Position numbers and translations under genes: made by a program. Under the pieces are notes generated by a model that worked only from the letters and a program-made list of their open reading frames with translations, did not search any database and was not told the origin of the DNA. Shown in pieces: positions 1-8,264 of a DNA stretch of 33,362 nucleotides. The stretch covers positions 1-33,362 of the forward strand of contig JAQYVQ010000197.1 of the NCBI GenBank assembly GCA_030145435.1. The letters are read 5' to 3'. Position 1 is the first letter of the stretch. Each line of letters begins with the position of its first letter. The stretch comes from Syntrophobacteria bacterium (GTDB lineage Bacteria > Desulfobacterota > DSWW01).

Positions 1-73
1 GCCCGTTATCAGTACTCGAAGCGATAGCCTGCCTTCCGGGACAAGACAAGTACAAGCGTTTGTGGTTGCACCC

Positions 74-102
74 AAAGGCCTCTCGGAGGCCTTTTTTCTT
101 TT
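74..102 (+). terminator. Rho-independent terminator of the off-window upstream gene
   Basis: Stem GGCCTC (77-82) / GAGGCC (86-91), extendable by AAA/TTT, with a 3-nt loop. It is followed by TTTTTTCTTTT. Confidence 0.6.
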
Positions 103-147
103 CAGCATGCTCTTTCGCGATGGCTTCCGCCCAAAGAGGTTCCCGTC

Positions 148-912
148 GTGAACCCAGTGGCCGTCATCCCGGCCCGATACGGGTCGAATCGCCTTCCAGG
201 AAAACCTCTGCTCGACCTCTGTGGCAAGCCAATCATCCAAAGAGTCTATGAGCGGGTCAAGGAGGCCGGCATCTTCTCCCGGATCTTGGTGGCCACCGAC
301 TCGGAGGAGATCGTTCGTCGGGTGGAGGCCTTTGGCGGGGAGCCGATGCTCACCTCGCCTCACCATCGAAGCGGCACGGAGAGGATCGCGGAGGTGGCGC
401 GAAGGATCGTGGGGGACTGGATCGTAAATGTCCAGGGGGACGAGCCCTTCGTGCACCCGCGGATGCTCGCAGATCTGTGGGAATCGTTCCGAAGGGAACG
501 GACCGCCGTCGTGGGTACGCTTTGCCACCGGATCTCCAGCCGCCGGGACTTGCGGAACCGGAATGTGGTGAAGGTCGTTACCGACAGGCGAGGCTGCGCC
601 CTCTATTTCTCCCGGTCTGCAATCCCTTACGGGGAGGTCGTTTCCGACGTTGCCGAAATTGACGGTGTGGGAGCGCTGTGGTACAAACACGTGGGGATTT
701 ATATGTATCGAAGGAGCTTCTTGCTACGCTACCCGATGCTCGAAAGGTCCCCCCTGGAGGATGCCGAAGGATTGGAGCAGTTGCGGATTCTTGAGCATGG
801 ATACGAGATTCGTGTGTACCCGACCGAATGGGAGACCCTGGGGATTGACACAGAGGAAGACTTGCTGGAAGCAAGAAGGCGATGCATGGCGGATGCGAAA
901 AAACTCTCTTGA
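148..912 (+). CDS. kdsB: 3-deoxy-manno-octulosonate cytidylyltransferase (CMP-KDO synthetase)
   Basis: 254-aa ORF. The N-terminus MNPVAVIPARYGSNRLPGKPL matches the KdsB family pattern. GTG start with AAAGAGG 8 nt upstream. Confidence 0.9.
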   Translation: MNPVAVIPARYGSNRLPGKPLLDLCGKPIIQRVYERVKEAGIFSRILVATDSEEIVRRVEAFGGEPMLTSPHHRSGTERIAEVARRIVGDWIVNVQGDEPFVHPRMLADLWESFRRERTAVVGTLCHRISSRRDLRNRNVVKVVTDRRGCALYFSRSAIPYGEVVSDVAEIDGVGALWYKHVGIYMYRRSFLLRYPMLERSPLEDAEGLEQLRILEHGYEIRVYPTEWETLGIDTEEDLLEARRRCMADAKKLS

Positions 913-1023
913 ACCCTTCTCCTTGGTGAGCCGGTACCGTTCTTGAATGTCGATCCGGCGAGCCCGACGACCCCTTCGGTGGCTCGCAACCCCTTCGAAC
1001 GAGAGATATAGGTTTTCCCTGTC

Positions 1024-1860
1024 ATGACCCGTTCTGTTCGAATCGGAGACTGGACCTTCGGGCAGGAACTGGACTTCCTGCTGATTGCGGGGTCTTGCGC
1101 TATCGAGAGCGAAGACCATGCGATGCGCATGGCCGTTTCGCTCAAAGATTTCGCTGAGAAGGCCGGGGTCCCCCTCGTGTTCAAGGCGTCGTACGACAAG
1201 GCGAATCGTACTTCCTGCGCGTCCTTTCGGGGGCCGGGCCAGGAGGAGGGCCTTCGGATCCTCGCCAGGATCAAACGAGAGGTCGGCGTCAAGGTTCTCT
1301 CCGACGTGCACGCGGTCGAGGAGGTGGAAGCGGCCGGGGAAGTCTTGGACGTGATTCAAACACCGGCCTATCTCTGCCGCCAGACAGATCTTCTGACCGC
1401 CGTGGGAAGAACGGGAAAGGCGGTCAACGTGAAGAAGGGCCAGTTTCTTGCGCCCTCGGATATGGAGCATGTCCTCCAGAAGGTCCGTTCGACGGGCAAC
1501 GAGAACATTTTGATTACGGAAAGGGGAACCTGCTTCGGGTACAATCAGCTCGTCAGTGACATGCGGGCGCTGCCGATCATGCGAGCTCTCGGATTTCCGG
1601 TGGTATTCGATGCTTCTCACAGTGTACAATTGCCCGGGGGCAGGGGCGATGCATCAGATGGACAGAGGGAATTTATTCTGCCCCTGGCGCGAGCGGCGGT
1701 GGCCGTCGGCGCGGACGGGATTTTCCTCGAGGTGCACGACCACCCGGACAAGGCTCGGTGCGATGGCCCCAACTCGCTGCCCCTCGATCAGGTTCCGGAG
1801 TTTCTCGATCAGGTCCTGCGCATCCGGGAAATGGTGAGGCAGTGGGAGGGAGGGCCCTGA
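1024..1860 (+). CDS. kdsA: 2-dehydro-3-deoxyphosphooctonate aldolase (KDO-8-P synthase)
   Basis: 278-aa ORF with LIAGSCAIES, FKASYDKANRTS and FDASHSVQLPGG blocks typical of KdsA. It lies next to kdsB. Confidence 0.93.
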   Translation: MTRSVRIGDWTFGQELDFLLIAGSCAIESEDHAMRMAVSLKDFAEKAGVPLVFKASYDKANRTSCASFRGPGQEEGLRILARIKREVGVKVLSDVHAVEEVEAAGEVLDVIQTPAYLCRQTDLLTAVGRTGKAVNVKKGQFLAPSDMEHVLQKVRSTGNENILITERGTCFGYNQLVSDMRALPIMRALGFPVVFDASHSVQLPGGRGDASDGQREFILPLARAAVAVGADGIFLEVHDHPDKARCDGPNSLPLDQVPEFLDQVLRIREMVRQWEGGP

Positions 1861-1884
1861 GGTGAGTGAGGGTCGACACGGAAA

Positions 1885-2844
1885 TTGAGCGGAGTCAGAA
1901 AGACCCTGCGGCCATTCCGGAAGAAGAGGAGGGACGATCTCCTTTACGCACTCGCCCGGGTGGGGGTGTGGCTCTTCCGGGCTCTTCCCCTGTCGTTGGG
2001 CATAAGGATCGGGGGTCTTCTCGGGCGGGTTGCCTACTGCCTGTTGCCGAGAGAGAGACACAGGGCCCTCGAGCACCTGGACATTGCCTTCTCTGCCGAG
2101 ATGAGCCGCACGGAGCGGAAGAGAATTGCAGGAAGATGCTTCGAGAATCTTGGGAAGAATGCCGTCGAGCTTGTGAACTTTCCGCGGCTCGAGAACGACC
2201 TGGATCGATGGATCACGCTGGAGGGGCGCGAGTTCCTGGACGAGACTCTTGCCAAGGGGCGGGGGATCATCTGGATCACCGGACATCTGGGGAACTGGGA
2301 ACTGATGGCCTGCTACATGGCCACCCAAGGATACCCGTTCCGGGTGGTCGCTCGGGAGATCTACGACGAACGCCTGAACCGGCTTCTCCTGGGGTTTCGC
2401 AGGGAGGCCGCCGTTCAGGTCATTCTGCGGGATTCTCCGGCTGCAGCGCGGCAAATGCTGAAGGCGCTCAAGAACGGCGAGGTCATCGGCATGCTGATCG
2501 ATCAGGATACGCAGGTAAAGGGCGTGATGGCCGATTTCTTCGGCCGCAAGGCGAACACGCCCGCCGGGGCGGCCATCCTGGCGAGACGCCGGTCCATCCC
2601 GGTGCTGGCCGGGTTCATCCATCGTGTTTCGGACCGGAGCCATCGGATCGTGATTCATCCGCCGATCGAGATCACCGAGACAGACGATGTGGACCGTGAC
2701 ATCGTTGCCAATACGGAGAGATTCAACAGAGTGCTCGAACAAGAGATTCGGGAAGACCCCGAAGGGTGGGTTTGGATGCATCGAAGATGGATGAGGGAAG
2801 TCGCGTATCAGCCTGCCAGGGAGGGAGGAGATGCGCAGGTCTAA
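1885..2844 (+). CDS. Lipid A biosynthesis (LpxL/HtrB-family) lysophospholipid acyltransferase
   Basis: 319-aa ORF with the acyltransferase HX4(D/E) motif in ITGHLGNWELM. LPS gene context. TTG start as given by the ORF track; the start is uncertain. Confidence 0.8.
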   Translation: MSGVRKTLRPFRKKRRDDLLYALARVGVWLFRALPLSLGIRIGGLLGRVAYCLLPRERHRALEHLDIAFSAEMSRTERKRIAGRCFENLGKNAVELVNFPRLENDLDRWITLEGREFLDETLAKGRGIIWITGHLGNWELMACYMATQGYPFRVVAREIYDERLNRLLLGFRREAAVQVILRDSPAAARQMLKALKNGEVIGMLIDQDTQVKGVMADFFGRKANTPAGAAILARRRSIPVLAGFIHRVSDRSHRIVIHPPIEITETDDVDRDIVANTERFNRVLEQEIREDPEGWVWMHRRWMREVAYQPAREGGDAQV

Positions 2845-2877
2845 CCCCTCGAATTCCTTTACACCTTTCGGCAATCG

Positions 2878-3495
2878 TTGCTATACTCACAGAATGGATC
2901 GCAAAGGTTTGCGTTGAAGGTCGTCAGAGGCATCTTTCTGTGTTGCATCATCGGGGGGTTCGCGGCCCTGTTCTTCGTGCTCAGCCCTTCCTCCAGGCCG
3001 CTGGGAGGCGGAGAGGAATCGGGAGGGATAGAAACGGAAGAAGACATCCTCGTGGAGGGGCTCGAGTTCTCGGAATGGGAGGAGGACAGGCTGACCTGGC
3101 TGATGGGTGCGGAGCGCACCCGGTATCACCACAAAGAGAAGAAGGCGAGCCTCGAACATGTGGAAGTGACCTTCTTTCCTGCCACCGGAGGGAAGATGCT
3201 CTTGTGGGCAAACCTAGTGGACTATGACGTTCGGACAAAGGGCTTGAGGGCGAGTGATTCCGTAAGGGGAAAAAGCGATCAAGGGTATGATTTTACTACC
3301 GAAAGTCTCTTCTATGATGGGGAGAAGAGGGAAGTGACGACGGACGATAAAGTTACCCTGGAAAAAGACCGACTTACCATACAGGGGACCGGTATGAAGG
3401 GCTCTTTGGCGGATCACAAGTTCCGGCTGCTGTCGGAGGTGCGGGCTGTGTTCTCTCCACAAGGAATCGTTCCGCGAGGAGCCGGCGGGGAATGA
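2878..3495 (+). CDS. lptC: LPS export system periplasmic/anchored protein LptC-like
   Basis: 205-aa ORF with one N-terminal hydrophobic anchor (IFLCCIIGGFAALFFVL) and a beta-rich periplasmic part. It sits immediately upstream of lptA with an ATGA stop/start overlap. The TTG start is uncertain. Confidence 0.6.
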   Translation: MLYSQNGSQRFALKVVRGIFLCCIIGGFAALFFVLSPSSRPLGGGEESGGIETEEDILVEGLEFSEWEEDRLTWLMGAERTRYHHKEKKASLEHVEVTFFPATGGKMLLWANLVDYDVRTKGLRASDSVRGKSDQGYDFTTESLFYDGEKREVTTDDKVTLEKDRLTIQGTGMKGSLADHKFRLLSEVRAVFSPQGIVPRGAGGE

Positions 3496-4124
3496 ATCGC
3501 TCGGTCTCCAGGGAAAGCGGGCGTCCATCTTCCGGGGGGAGATGGAAAGAGAAATGGCTCGCGGGGACCCTTCTCCTCCTCCTGTTGGCAACGGGGCCGG
3601 CGCCGCTCTGGGGGATCGAGGGGAATGAGCTTGCACCCCTCGGCGAAGAGTCGTTGGGAAAGGCCCTGCAGAAAGCAGACTGGAACCGGAACGCTCCCGT
3701 GGATATTCGCTCAGAGGAGATGAGTGTCGATTTCGAAAATAACAAGATCGTCTTCAAGGGCGACGTGAAGGTTCTGCAGTCCGATTTTTCCCTGACGGCC
3801 GGGGAGGTGACCGCCGTCTTTGGGGAGTCTGCAGACGACATCAAGAAGATCATCGCCTCAGACGACGTGAAGATCCAGAAGGCGGACAAGATGGCCTGGG
3901 GCGAACAGGCCGTCTATGACAGGGAAAGCGCAACGATTCTGCTCACCGGGACCCCGGTCCTGAAGCAAGGCCGGAACTTCATCAGGGGAGAGGAAATTCA
4001 ATTCAGCCTCGATGAAGATCGCATGGAGGTCAAGGGGAGCGTGGAGGCGGAATTTCTCCTGTCCGGGGAGAAGGAAGACCTTGAACTCATGGGTCAGGGA
4101 GAAGAGGCAAAAGGTCAAAGATGA
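3492..4124 (+). CDS. lptA: LPS transport periplasmic protein LptA (OstA-like)
   Basis: 210-aa ORF with a signal-peptide-like N-terminus (LLLLLLATGPAPLWG) and OstA-like repeats (IVFKGDVKVLQSDFSLTAGEV..., ILLTGTPVLKQG). It lies between lptC and lptB. The stop TGA 4122-4124 is inside a repeat arm. Confidence 0.8.
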   Translation: MNRSVSRESGRPSSGGRWKEKWLAGTLLLLLLATGPAPLWGIEGNELAPLGEESLGKALQKADWNRNAPVDIRSEEMSVDFENNKIVFKGDVKVLQSDFSLTAGEVTAVFGESADDIKKIIASDDVKIQKADKMAWGEQAVYDRESATILLTGTPVLKQGRNFIRGEEIQFSLDEDRMEVKGSVEAEFLLSGEKEDLELMGQGEEAKGQR

Positions 4125-4235
4125 AAGGTAAAAGGATAGATCTCTCGATGGGCATTCAGAAAGCCTTCCTGTTGTTTGAGGACGCCAGCACCAGAGATTG
4201 CTTTCACCTTTGCCCTTTTACCTTTCACCTTTGAG
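4106..4235. repeat. Family-A heptad-array inverted-repeat cassette, copy 1 (lptA-lptB spacer)
   Basis: Left arm 4106-4136 reads (GCAAAAG)(GTCAAAG)(ATGAAAG)(GTAAAAG). Right arm 4201-4235 reads (CTTTCAC)(CTTTGCC)(CTTTTAC)(CTTTCAC)(CTTTGAG). TGAAAGGTAAAAGG 4122-4135 is a perfect 14-bp inverted match to CCTTTTACCTTTCA 4214-4227, and 6 more bp follow after one mismatch. The central segment is about 64 nt. Confidence 0.7.
4148..4234 (+). CDS. Hypothetical 28-codon mini-ORF inside cassette A1 (MGIQKAFLLFEDASTRDCFHLCPFTFHL)
   Basis: ATG 4148 with AAGGA 11 nt upstream. The TGA stop is in the last heptad of the right arm. It is similar in frame to the mini-ORF at 18258-18341. There are only two copies, so this is speculative. 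Confidence 0.2.
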   Translation: MGIQKAFLLFEDASTRDCFHLCPFTFHL

Positions 4236-4278
4236 TTGCCGGATGGTCGCGTCTCGACAGCTTCGAGGAAAGAGAAGA

Positions 4279-5004
4279 ATGCACCACAGCCTTGTGGCGG
4301 AGTCCTTGACCAAGGCCTACCGAAAGCGGACGGTCGTGGATGGCGTGACGATCGAGGTGGAGGCGGGCGAGGTCGTCGGGCTTCTCGGGCCGAACGGCGC
4401 GGGCAAAACGACGACCTTCAGCATGATCGTCGGCATCACGCGACCGGACAGCGGGAGAATCAGCCTGGACGGTAAGGAGATCACGGAACTGCCGATGTAC
4501 AGGAGGGCCCGGCGGGGAATCAGCTACCTGCCGCAGGAAACCTCGGTTTTTCGGAAATTGAGTGTTGAGGAAAATATCGATATCGTTCTAGAGGCCCTTT
4601 CGATCAACGGGGAAGAGCGAAGAAGGCTTCGAAAGACGTATTTAGAAGAACTGGGAATCGATCATCTGGCCAAGAGCAAGGCTTCTCTGCTCTCCGGCGG
4701 AGAACGGAGACGGGTGGAGATATGCAGGGCAAGGGTCATGAACCCTTTTTTCATGCTGCTGGACGAGCCTTTTGCAGGGATCGACCCGATTGCGGTTGCC
4801 GATATCCAGGGAATCATCGCGGGCTTGAAGTCAGAAGGGATCGGGATCCTCGTGACCGATCACAACGTACGGGAGACGCTCGGCATATGTGACAAGGCGT
4901 ACATTCTCGACAAGGGCGTTGTCCTGGAGGTGGGAGACAAAGAGACCATTGCCTCGAGCAAGAGGGCTCGGGAGATCTATCTTGGAGAGCAGTTCGCCCT
5001 CTAG
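4279..5004 (+). CDS. lptB: LPS export ABC transporter ATP-binding protein LptB
   Basis: Walker A GPNGAGKTT, ABC signature LSGGERRRVEI, Walker B FMLLDEPFAGID. I prefer the internal ATG at 4279 (MHHSLVAESLTKAY...) because the 4198 extension is read from repeat DNA. Confidence 0.93.
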   Translation: MHHSLVAESLTKAYRKRTVVDGVTIEVEAGEVVGLLGPNGAGKTTTFSMIVGITRPDSGRISLDGKEITELPMYRRARRGISYLPQETSVFRKLSVEENIDIVLEALSINGEERRRLRKTYLEELGIDHLAKSKASLLSGGERRRVEICRARVMNPFFMLLDEPFAGIDPIAVADIQGIIAGLKSEGIGILVTDHNVRETLGICDKAYILDKGVVLEVGDKETIASSKRAREIYLGEQFAL

Positions 5005-5182
5005 GAGGCTGTTGAAAAAGCGCTGATGCGCAGGCCGTTGAAGAACGTCCAGGTGCAAGGCGCGCGAAATCCTGAGGAATGAGGCGTACAGGGTACGCCG
5101 CAGTGACGAAGGATGAGTGGAACGCAGCAGATGGGCGCTCCTCAACGGCGTGCAAGGGGATTTGTAGAGAGCAGGGAGAAGA

Positions 5183-6616
5183 ATGGCCTTTGAACTGAAA
5201 CAGAGCATGAAGCTTGTTCAACAGCTTGTGATGACGCCCCAGTTGCAGCAAGCCATCAAGCTTCTCCAGCTCTCCCGCCTGGAACTCGTCAATATGGCGA
5301 GCCAGGAGCTGCAGGAGAATCCTCTCCTCGAGGAGACCTCCCTGGTGGATATGGAGAAATCCTCCCTGGAGGAGGATGACCGGGAGAATCAGAAGGAACC
5401 AGGGCCGGAAGAGGTCAAGGGAGAACAGGAAGGGGTCAAGGACATCAACTGGGAAGAATACATGCAGAACTACGAGTATTATCCCAGACCCCTCCCGCCG
5501 AAGGAGGACCCCGGAAGGGGCGTGGAAGCCACGCTGACCAAGAAGACGTCTCTGGTCGATCATCTCGTGTGGCAGCTCCGGTTGAGTTATCTCTCGGAGG
5601 TAGAGGTCGAGGCGGCGGAGATGATCGTCGGGAACCTGAACGACGACGGGTACCTGGATTGTTCGGTGGAGGAGATCGCCCATGCCTGCGCCATGGAGAT
5701 GCCCTTTGTCGAACAAGTCCTTGCCCGGGTCCAGGAACTCGACCCACCCGGGGTGGCCGCCAGAAACCTGCAGGAGTGCCTTCTGCTGCAGGCGAAGCGG
5801 GTTGGGGTGGGGAACACGATGGTCGAGGCGATTCTCAACGATCACATGAAGGAACTCGAGAAGAGACGCTACGACCTGATCGCCAAGAAGCTTGGGGAGC
5901 CCCTGGAGGACGTACTTGCTGCGGTTCAGGTCATCACGCATCTCGACCCGAAACCGGGGAGGGCCTATACGGGCGAAGAACCGCTCTACATCATACCGGA
6001 CGTGTACGTCTACAAAGTGGACGACGAGTATGTGGTGGTCTTGAACGAAGATGGGCTTCCCAAACTACGGATCAGCGGGTACTACAAGAACATCCTGGCG
6101 AAGCGCGACATGGCCGGAACCGATACAAAAGAGTATATTCAAGACAAGCTGCGATCGGCTGCATGGCTCATCAAGAGCATCCATCAAAGGCAGCGTACGA
6201 TCTACAAGGTGGCGTGCAGCATCGTGAATTTCCAGAGGGAATTTCTGGAGAAGGGGATCACCTGTCTGAAGCCGCTCGTCTTGCGAGACGTGGCGGAAGA
6301 CATCGATATGCATGAATCCACCATCAGCCGGGTGACCACGAACAAATACATACATACGCCGCAGGGCATACTGGAGATGAAGTATTTCTTCAAGAGCAGC
6401 ATCACACAAAGAGCCGGTGAGAAGATATCCTCGGAGACGATCAAGGAGAGGATTCGTCAGATCATTGCCCGGGAAGATCCGCATAAACCGATCAGCGACC
6501 AGGAGGTCGTCAGCATCCTCAAGGCCTCGGACGTTGACATCGCGCGGAGAACCGTCGCGAAATACCGGGAGAGCCTGGGCATCTTGCCCTCCATGAAGCG
6601 GAAGAACCATTTCTAG
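5183..6616 (+). CDS. rpoN: RNA polymerase sigma-54 factor
   Basis: 477 aa. Region I reads MKLVQQLVMTPQLQQAIKLLQLSRLEL, followed by an acidic linker. The C-terminal RpoN box is ARRTVAKYRE. Canonical position after lptB. Confidence 0.95.
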   Translation: MAFELKQSMKLVQQLVMTPQLQQAIKLLQLSRLELVNMASQELQENPLLEETSLVDMEKSSLEEDDRENQKEPGPEEVKGEQEGVKDINWEEYMQNYEYYPRPLPPKEDPGRGVEATLTKKTSLVDHLVWQLRLSYLSEVEVEAAEMIVGNLNDDGYLDCSVEEIAHACAMEMPFVEQVLARVQELDPPGVAARNLQECLLLQAKRVGVGNTMVEAILNDHMKELEKRRYDLIAKKLGEPLEDVLAAVQVITHLDPKPGRAYTGEEPLYIIPDVYVYKVDDEYVVVLNEDGLPKLRISGYYKNILAKRDMAGTDTKEYIQDKLRSAAWLIKSIHQRQRTIYKVACSIVNFQREFLEKGITCLKPLVLRDVAEDIDMHESTISRVTTNKYIHTPQGILEMKYFFKSSITQRAGEKISSETIKERIRQIIAREDPHKPISDQEVVSILKASDVDIARRTVAKYRESLGILPSMKRKNHF

Positions 6617-6838
6617 GCCCTGCTGCGATGCAGGCCTTGGGGGGGCCGATGGGCTTTCTCAGCGGCTTGCCTGGGGGCGACGCCCCCAGCCGAGGAACCA
6701 AAGCAAAAAGGACGAATGGAACTGCGTGCAGAAACCGCACCCCTAAGGCTTCCTTGTGCCAAGCCGTTTGGTTGCCTGCACAGGACGGAGCTGGGAAGGG
6801 TGGAAGCGGCCGAGGCGCGAAAGGGATGGTGATCGGTG

Positions 6839-7318
6839 ATGAAGATGTCAGACTTCTTGGACCCGAGAGCTGTTGTCAGTGACTTGAAGGCAGCGAACAA
6901 GAAGGAGGTGTTGGAGGAACTCTGCACGGCACTCGTCTCCCTCCATCCCACGTTGGACAGGGACCGGATGGTGGGTATTCTGCTCGATCGCGAGAGGCTG
7001 GGCAGCACCGGTGTGGGCGAGGGGGTGGCGATTCCACACGGAAAGATGGGTGATTTGGAAGGGCTCATCGCCTGCTTCGGCAGGAGCACTCGCGGCGTTG
7101 CCTTCGACGCGGTGGATGACCAGCCTGTTTCCCTGTTCTTCCTCCTTTTTGCGCCGGAAAATTCGGCCGGCGTACACCTGAAGGCCCTCGCCAAGATTTC
7201 CCGGCTTCTGAAGAGACCCTCCGTGCGCGAAGAACTTCTGCACGCGGGCTCCAAGGAGGATGTGTACGCGATTCTGACGCGAGAGGATGGGGAGGAACTC
7301 CAGGTACCTGGAAACTGA
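6839..7318 (+). CDS. ptsN: PTS EIIA(Ntr)-type nitrogen regulatory protein
   Basis: About 159 aa with a PTS EIIA type-2 pattern and the phosphorylatable His in GEGVAIPHGK. Canonical position downstream of rpoN. The start is ambiguous among 6836 GTG, 6839 ATG and 6845 ATG. Confidence 0.85.
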   Translation: MKMSDFLDPRAVVSDLKAANKKEVLEELCTALVSLHPTLDRDRMVGILLDRERLGSTGVGEGVAIPHGKMGDLEGLIACFGRSTRGVAFDAVDDQPVSLFFLLFAPENSAGVHLKALAKISRLLKRPSVREELLHAGSKEDVYAILTREDGEELQVPGN

Positions 7319-7343
7319 TTCGTTTCTTGCGGACGACGAACAG

Positions 7344-8204
7344 ATGCGATTGCTGATCATCACCGGGTTCTCGGGTTCGGGGAAGACCTCTGTGCTTCAT
7401 GCCCTGGAGGACATGGGGTTCTTCTGCGTCGAGAACCTCCCGGTGAAGATGCTCCCCGGGCTTGTTGATTATGTGGAGCAATCGGGAGACACCGAGGAAG
7501 GGTTGGCCGTGGGCATCGATATGCGAGAAAGGTCTTTTTTGCAGGAGCATCCCCGGGTGTTCCAGACCGTCCGGGAAAGGGGCATCAAGCCGGAGGTCTT
7601 CTTTCTCGAGGCGACGACCCAGGTTCTGATACGGCGCTTCGAGGAGACCCGTCGACGGCACCCCCTGGCAGCGGATCGGACACTCCTGGAAGGCATCGAA
7701 TGGGAGAAGGAACAGCTCGCCGGACTTCGACAGGCGGCTGACAAGGTCATCGATACCTCCTCCTTCAACATTCATCAGCTCCGTAACTATGTTCAGGTCC
7801 TTGGGGGGCCGTCCGAAGGGCAAGGGCAGAGACTCCAGGTCGAGATCATATCGTTCAGTTATGCAAAAGGTCTTCCCCTTCAGGCGGATCTGATCATGGA
7901 TGTTCGGTTCCTGCCGAACCCTCACTATGATCCTGCGCTGAAGGATCGAGACGGCCGTGACCCGGAAGTGCAAGCATACATTCGGAAGGACCTGAAAGCC
8001 GCTGAGATCCTGGAGACATTCATTCAGATGATTGAAGAGGTGGTTGCCTTCTACGAGAAGGAGGACAGGGCCTACTTCGTTCTCGCGGTGGGATGCACCG
8101 GAGGAAGACATCGCTCCGTGGCGGTGGTCTGCGCCCTGGAGGAACGTCTTCGATTGCGAGGGGTTTCACCGAAGGTTTTTCACAGAGACACCCAGTCCGG
8201 GTGA
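7344..8204 (+). CDS. rapZ: RNase adapter / nucleotide-binding protein RapZ (YhbJ family)
   Basis: MRLLIITGFSGSGKTS contains the Walker A motif at the N-terminus. The C-terminal GCTGGRHRSV block is typical of RapZ. I prefer the internal ATG 7344 over the track start 7287. Confidence 0.9.
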   Translation: MRLLIITGFSGSGKTSVLHALEDMGFFCVENLPVKMLPGLVDYVEQSGDTEEGLAVGIDMRERSFLQEHPRVFQTVRERGIKPEVFFLEATTQVLIRRFEETRRRHPLAADRTLLEGIEWEKEQLAGLRQAADKVIDTSSFNIHQLRNYVQVLGGPSEGQGQRLQVEIISFSYAKGLPLQADLIMDVRFLPNPHYDPALKDRDGRDPEVQAYIRKDLKAAEILETFIQMIEEVVAFYEKEDRAYFVLAVGCTGGRHRSVAVVCALEERLRLRGVSPKVFHRDTQSG

Positions 8205-8264
8205 GATCCGGCTCGCTCGAATCCGGCCGGAGATCCCGCGGATGGGCAACAGAAAGGTTGCGAC

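Noticed and set aside
1654-2874. 406-aa minus-strand ORF, and similar ones at 724-1629, 4814-5941, 7065-8111, 10922-12115, 12903-13700, 16377-17450, 18333-19340, 21974-22930, 25510-26394 and 26755-27900
   Set aside because: Each is fully overlapped by a confidently identified plus-strand gene and shows no family signatures. I treat them as antisense artefacts.
4198-4278. N-terminal extension of lptB (also the track starts 7287 for rapZ, 12093 for ahcY, 15637 for pfkB, 17423 for recO, 19150 for glyS, 21320 for ppdK and 24343 for smc)
   Set aside because: The extensions are read from repeat or intergenic DNA, or overlap the preceding gene. Internal starts give N-termini that match the family and have better SD spacing.
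6628-6882. 84-aa ORF in the rpoN-ptsN gap as a possible hpf remnant
   Set aside because: The translation (MQALGGPMGFLSGLPGGDAPSRG...) has no resemblance to the HPF/RaiA N-terminus as I recall it. The ORF also runs into ptsN in another frame.
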